DNA of 19,848 bases. It comes from Tubiluchus corallicola. Taxonomy: Eukaryota; Animalia; Priapulida. Positions 1 to 19,848 of the stretch are shown piece after piece (position 1 is the first letter of the stretch; each line of letters begins with the position of its first letter). A model generated the notes under the pieces. That model worked only from the letters and a program-made list of their open reading frames with translations. It ran no database searches and had not been told where the DNA came from. A program made the translations under genes and the position numbers. The stretch lies in NCBI GenBank assembly GCA_030141605.1, contig JAQGDQ010001943.1:1-19848 (forward strand), given 5' to 3'.

Positions 1-1450
1 GTGGAAGCCTTGATCAACTTAACCTTTACTGTGACACACGGTGGAAGCCTTGATCAACTTGACCTTTACTGTGACACACGGTAGAAGCCTCGATTAACTT
101 AACCTTTACTGTGACACACGGTGGAAGCCTTGATCAACTTAACCTTTACTGTGACACACGGTAGAAGCCTCGATTAACTTAACCTTTACTGTGACACACG
201 GTGGAAGCCTTGATCAACTTAACCTTTACTGTGACACACGGTGGAAGCCTTGATCAACTTAACCTTTACTGTGACACACGGTGGAAGCCTTGATCAACTT
301 AACCTTTACTGTGACACACGGTAGAAGCCTTGACCAACTTAACATTTACTGTGACACACGGTAGAAGCCTTGATCAACTTAACCTTTACTGTGACACACG
401 GTTGGAAGCCTTGATCAACTTAACCTTTATACACACAACCACAACAACCACTGTGACACACGGTGGAAGCCTTGATCAACTTAACCTTTACTGTGACACA
501 CGGTGGAAGCCTTGATCAACTTAACCTTTACTGTGACACACGGTGGAAGCCTTGATCAACTTAACCTTTACTGTGACACGGTAGAAGCCTTGATCAACTT
601 AACCTTTACTGTGACACACGGTGGAAGCTTTGATCAACTTAACCTTTACTGTGACACACGGTGGAAGCCTTGATCAACTTAACCGTTACTGTGACACGGT
701 AGAAGCCTTGATCAACTTAACCTTTACTGTGACACACGGTGGAAGCCTTGACCAACTTAACCTTTACTGTGACACACGGTAGAAGCCTTGATCAACTTAA
801 CCTTTACTGTGACACGGTAGAAGCCTTGATCAACTTAACCTTTACTGTGACACACGGTAGAAGCCTTGATCAACTTAACCTTTACTGTGACACACGGTAG
901 AAGCCTTGATCAACTTAACCTTTACTGTGACACACGGTGGAAGCCTTGATCAACTTAACCTTTATTGTGACACACGGTGGAAGCCTTGATCAACTTAACC
1001 TTTACTGTGGCACACAGTGGAAGCCTTGATCAACTTAACCTTTACTGTGACACACGGTGGAAGCCTTGATCAACTTAACCTTTACTGACACACGGTAGCC
1101 TCGATTAACTAACCTTACTGTGACACACGTGAAGCCTTGATCAACTTAACCTTTATGTGACACACGGTGGAAGCCTTGATCAACTTAACTTTACTGTGAC
1201 ACACAGTGGAAGCCTTGATCAACTTAACCTTTACTGTGACACGGTGAAGCCTTGATCAACTTAACCTTTACTGTGACACACGGTAGAAGCCTTGATCAAC
1301 TTAACCTTTACTGTGACACACGGTGGAAGCCTTGATCAACTTAACCTTTACTGTGACACACGGTAGAAGCCTTGATCAACTTAACCTTTACTGTGACACA
1401 CGGTAGAAGCCTTGATCAACTTAACCTTTACTGTGACACACGGTAGAAGC
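1..1450. repeat. 40-bp minisatellite, about 36 copies, running off the window start
   Basis: Unit gtggaagccttgatcaacttaacctttactgtgacacacg repeated head to tail with gtgg/gtag variants and small indels; no spacers. Confidence 0.98.
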
Positions 1451-2004
1451 AGTGTTAAGCAGATTTTTAATAGCTTAACAGGATATTGTAGGTGGAGGAA
1501 CAGAGCTCTTCAAGAACTCCTTACAGTCAATATCACAGTTGGTTAGTAGTTGTTTTCTTCTGTGGTTTCAGCTTTGCTATAAAAACAAACACTAATATTG
1601 ATTACTATGACCAGGCTTTCTTTTACATATGACATGACAAGCACAGACACAATTATAGTGATAAGTAAGGATGATAAATCAAAAGCATTAAGCCATTAAC
1701 AAAACTCAACATTTATACGTGAAGTTAAATCAAATCGAAAGAAACCAAAAGTACTACCTAAACTATACCAACTATTATATAGCTGGATCAGTCTCCCGAA
1801 GTACCAGCAAGCGCTGCTCCAACTGTATCAGACAAATAGATATAGTAATTATAGTTTCGAAACTTTAGTAACTTTAAATTTTTTAGAAGAAATTTCGGTA
1901 ATAATGTTGAACATTCTGATGGTATACGTTTGCATTGAAGACTTCGAACGTTGCAAGTTTCGGTATTGTTTAAAATGCCACTGTCAGCACTAACTGTAAT
2001 TTAA

Positions 2005-2450
2005 CCCTTTCATACCCGTTGTATTTCGTGGGATACGGGAATATTTTCTGCCTTTAAAATTTTAAAGCTGACAGTTATTTGATCTGTTAATAGTTATTTT
2101 GATTTAAGCCAATAACAATAGACTAAAAATGGCGATAAAATGGCAAACTAGAAAATCTACACAGCATAAAAAACTGCGCAAGGTACAGTACTTTCGAGAT
2201 GACTTTGTACAGATCAGCATAGCGTGCATACTAAATGTCTTAAATACTTTAAAAAATGGTCAGCAGTTGCAAAATGAAGCACATTTTATGCTTCCATTGA
2301 ATCCCAATGTATCCCGTGGGATACAGGCTATATTTAGCACGCGGGCACAGGTAGAAAAAAATATTTATTTGTAAACAAAATGGACATACTGAACAAAAGT
2401 ACCAAGCCAAAAATTTTTTCTTATTAAAAAATAATTTGGGACTGAAAGGG
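2005..2450. mobile_element. piggyBac-like non-autonomous element (MITE)
   Basis: TTAA at 2001-2004 and 2451-2454 flanks inverted ends ccctttca...tgaaaggg. TTAA|CCC...GGG|TTAA is the piggyBac signature. No transposase. Confidence 0.75.
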
Positions 2451-2816
2451 TTAAGCATGAATTAAGCTGTGATTGTCATTCTTACAATTACGAAAAATTT
2501 GTTAATTTAAAAACATTAACATTAACTTTTCTGTCTTTTAAACTGTTGTTTAAACTAAATTAATGTTTCTTAATTATTACTGTTATCTGTTCTGTAGTAA
2601 TGGTATGTCTCCTGCTTGTTATATTTTTGATGTAGTTGGTACAAAAATGTATATATTTAAGAGAGAGGAGGTCGCTAACTTCGCACTCTCAATCTCATAT
2701 TTCTGTGAGTGTTTGCAATCAAAATTTTAGCCTGAAATAAGTGTCTATGAATTGGTCAGAAGTGATTAACAAAAGATCACCTTGCTGCGTCTTTGCATCT
2801 GCCATATTGTTTGCTG

Positions 2817-19362
<16,546 letters not shown>

Positions 19363-19848
19363 CTGAAATTAAAATAGATGAAGTGTTTTATGGTTAGGGT
19401 GCCATGATTATTGTTTATCTATATTGCTGGTGTCAAGCAATTTAATTTAGCATTCTATCATTATTTGTTTTTTTCGCATCTTTACAAACATGCATTTCGT
19501 GAAAGTGTTTAAAACGAAGCCAGCCTTAGTCATGTGACCTAAGCTTTAGTAGTATACGCCACCTATCAATCACACTTGTTCTTACACGTAGTTACATTTT
19601 CTGTTGCCGCTATGCTGATCATGCCATTTGGTGATACTTGCATTGCTTTGTCTATTTTGTTACAATTTATCAGACACTAGTTGTATTTTCAAGCCAAACT
19701 TGTCACCAGTAAATGTAAGTCACCATCTACTTTAATAATTGGTTAATAGTTTAAATTGGTTAGAATTGCTTCAAATCTCTAGAATCATAAAGTAATAATT
19801 TGTGTTTCAGTCTTCTTAAATCTCATATAGTGTATTTACTTGGCATTT

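Noticed and set aside
330-515. 61-aa ORF
   Set aside because: Chance open frame within the 40-bp repeat, with a non-ATG start.
1-1450. CRISPR array
   Set aside because: Units are contiguous with no unique spacers, there are no cas genes, and the context is a spliced eukaryotic locus. It is a minisatellite.

Overview
This is eukaryotic, AT-rich, repeat-laden genomic DNA, probably from an invertebrate animal; the taxon cannot be fixed from the sequence. The minus strand carries the 3' half of a heparan sulfate N-deacetylase/N-sulfotransferase (NDST/sulfateless family) gene. It has nine GT-AG exons from 19362 down to the stop codon at 2817, which splice in frame to 1305 nt (434 aa plus stop); the 5' exons lie beyond the window. 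Two things stand out. (1) The reading frame and exon structure are intact, yet the sulfotransferase domain has substitutions at the positions I align to human NDST1 K614, T618, E642 and K833, so it looks like a sulfotransferase-dead NDST paralogue. (2) Two exons have had a splice junction amplified into intronic minisatellites: 14 x 92 bp copies of a 3' acceptor and 7 x 46 bp copies of a 5' donor. In each array only one copy gives an intact protein. The rest is transposon debris and simple repeats: two solo LTRs of one family with 5-bp TSDs, a hAT MITE with an 8-bp TSD, a piggyBac-like MITE, LINE fragments, 40-bp and 51-bp minisatellites and (GA)n/(CT)n tracts. Most ORFs in the supplied track are repeat artefacts. 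All homology calls come from remembered family sequences, not from database searches.
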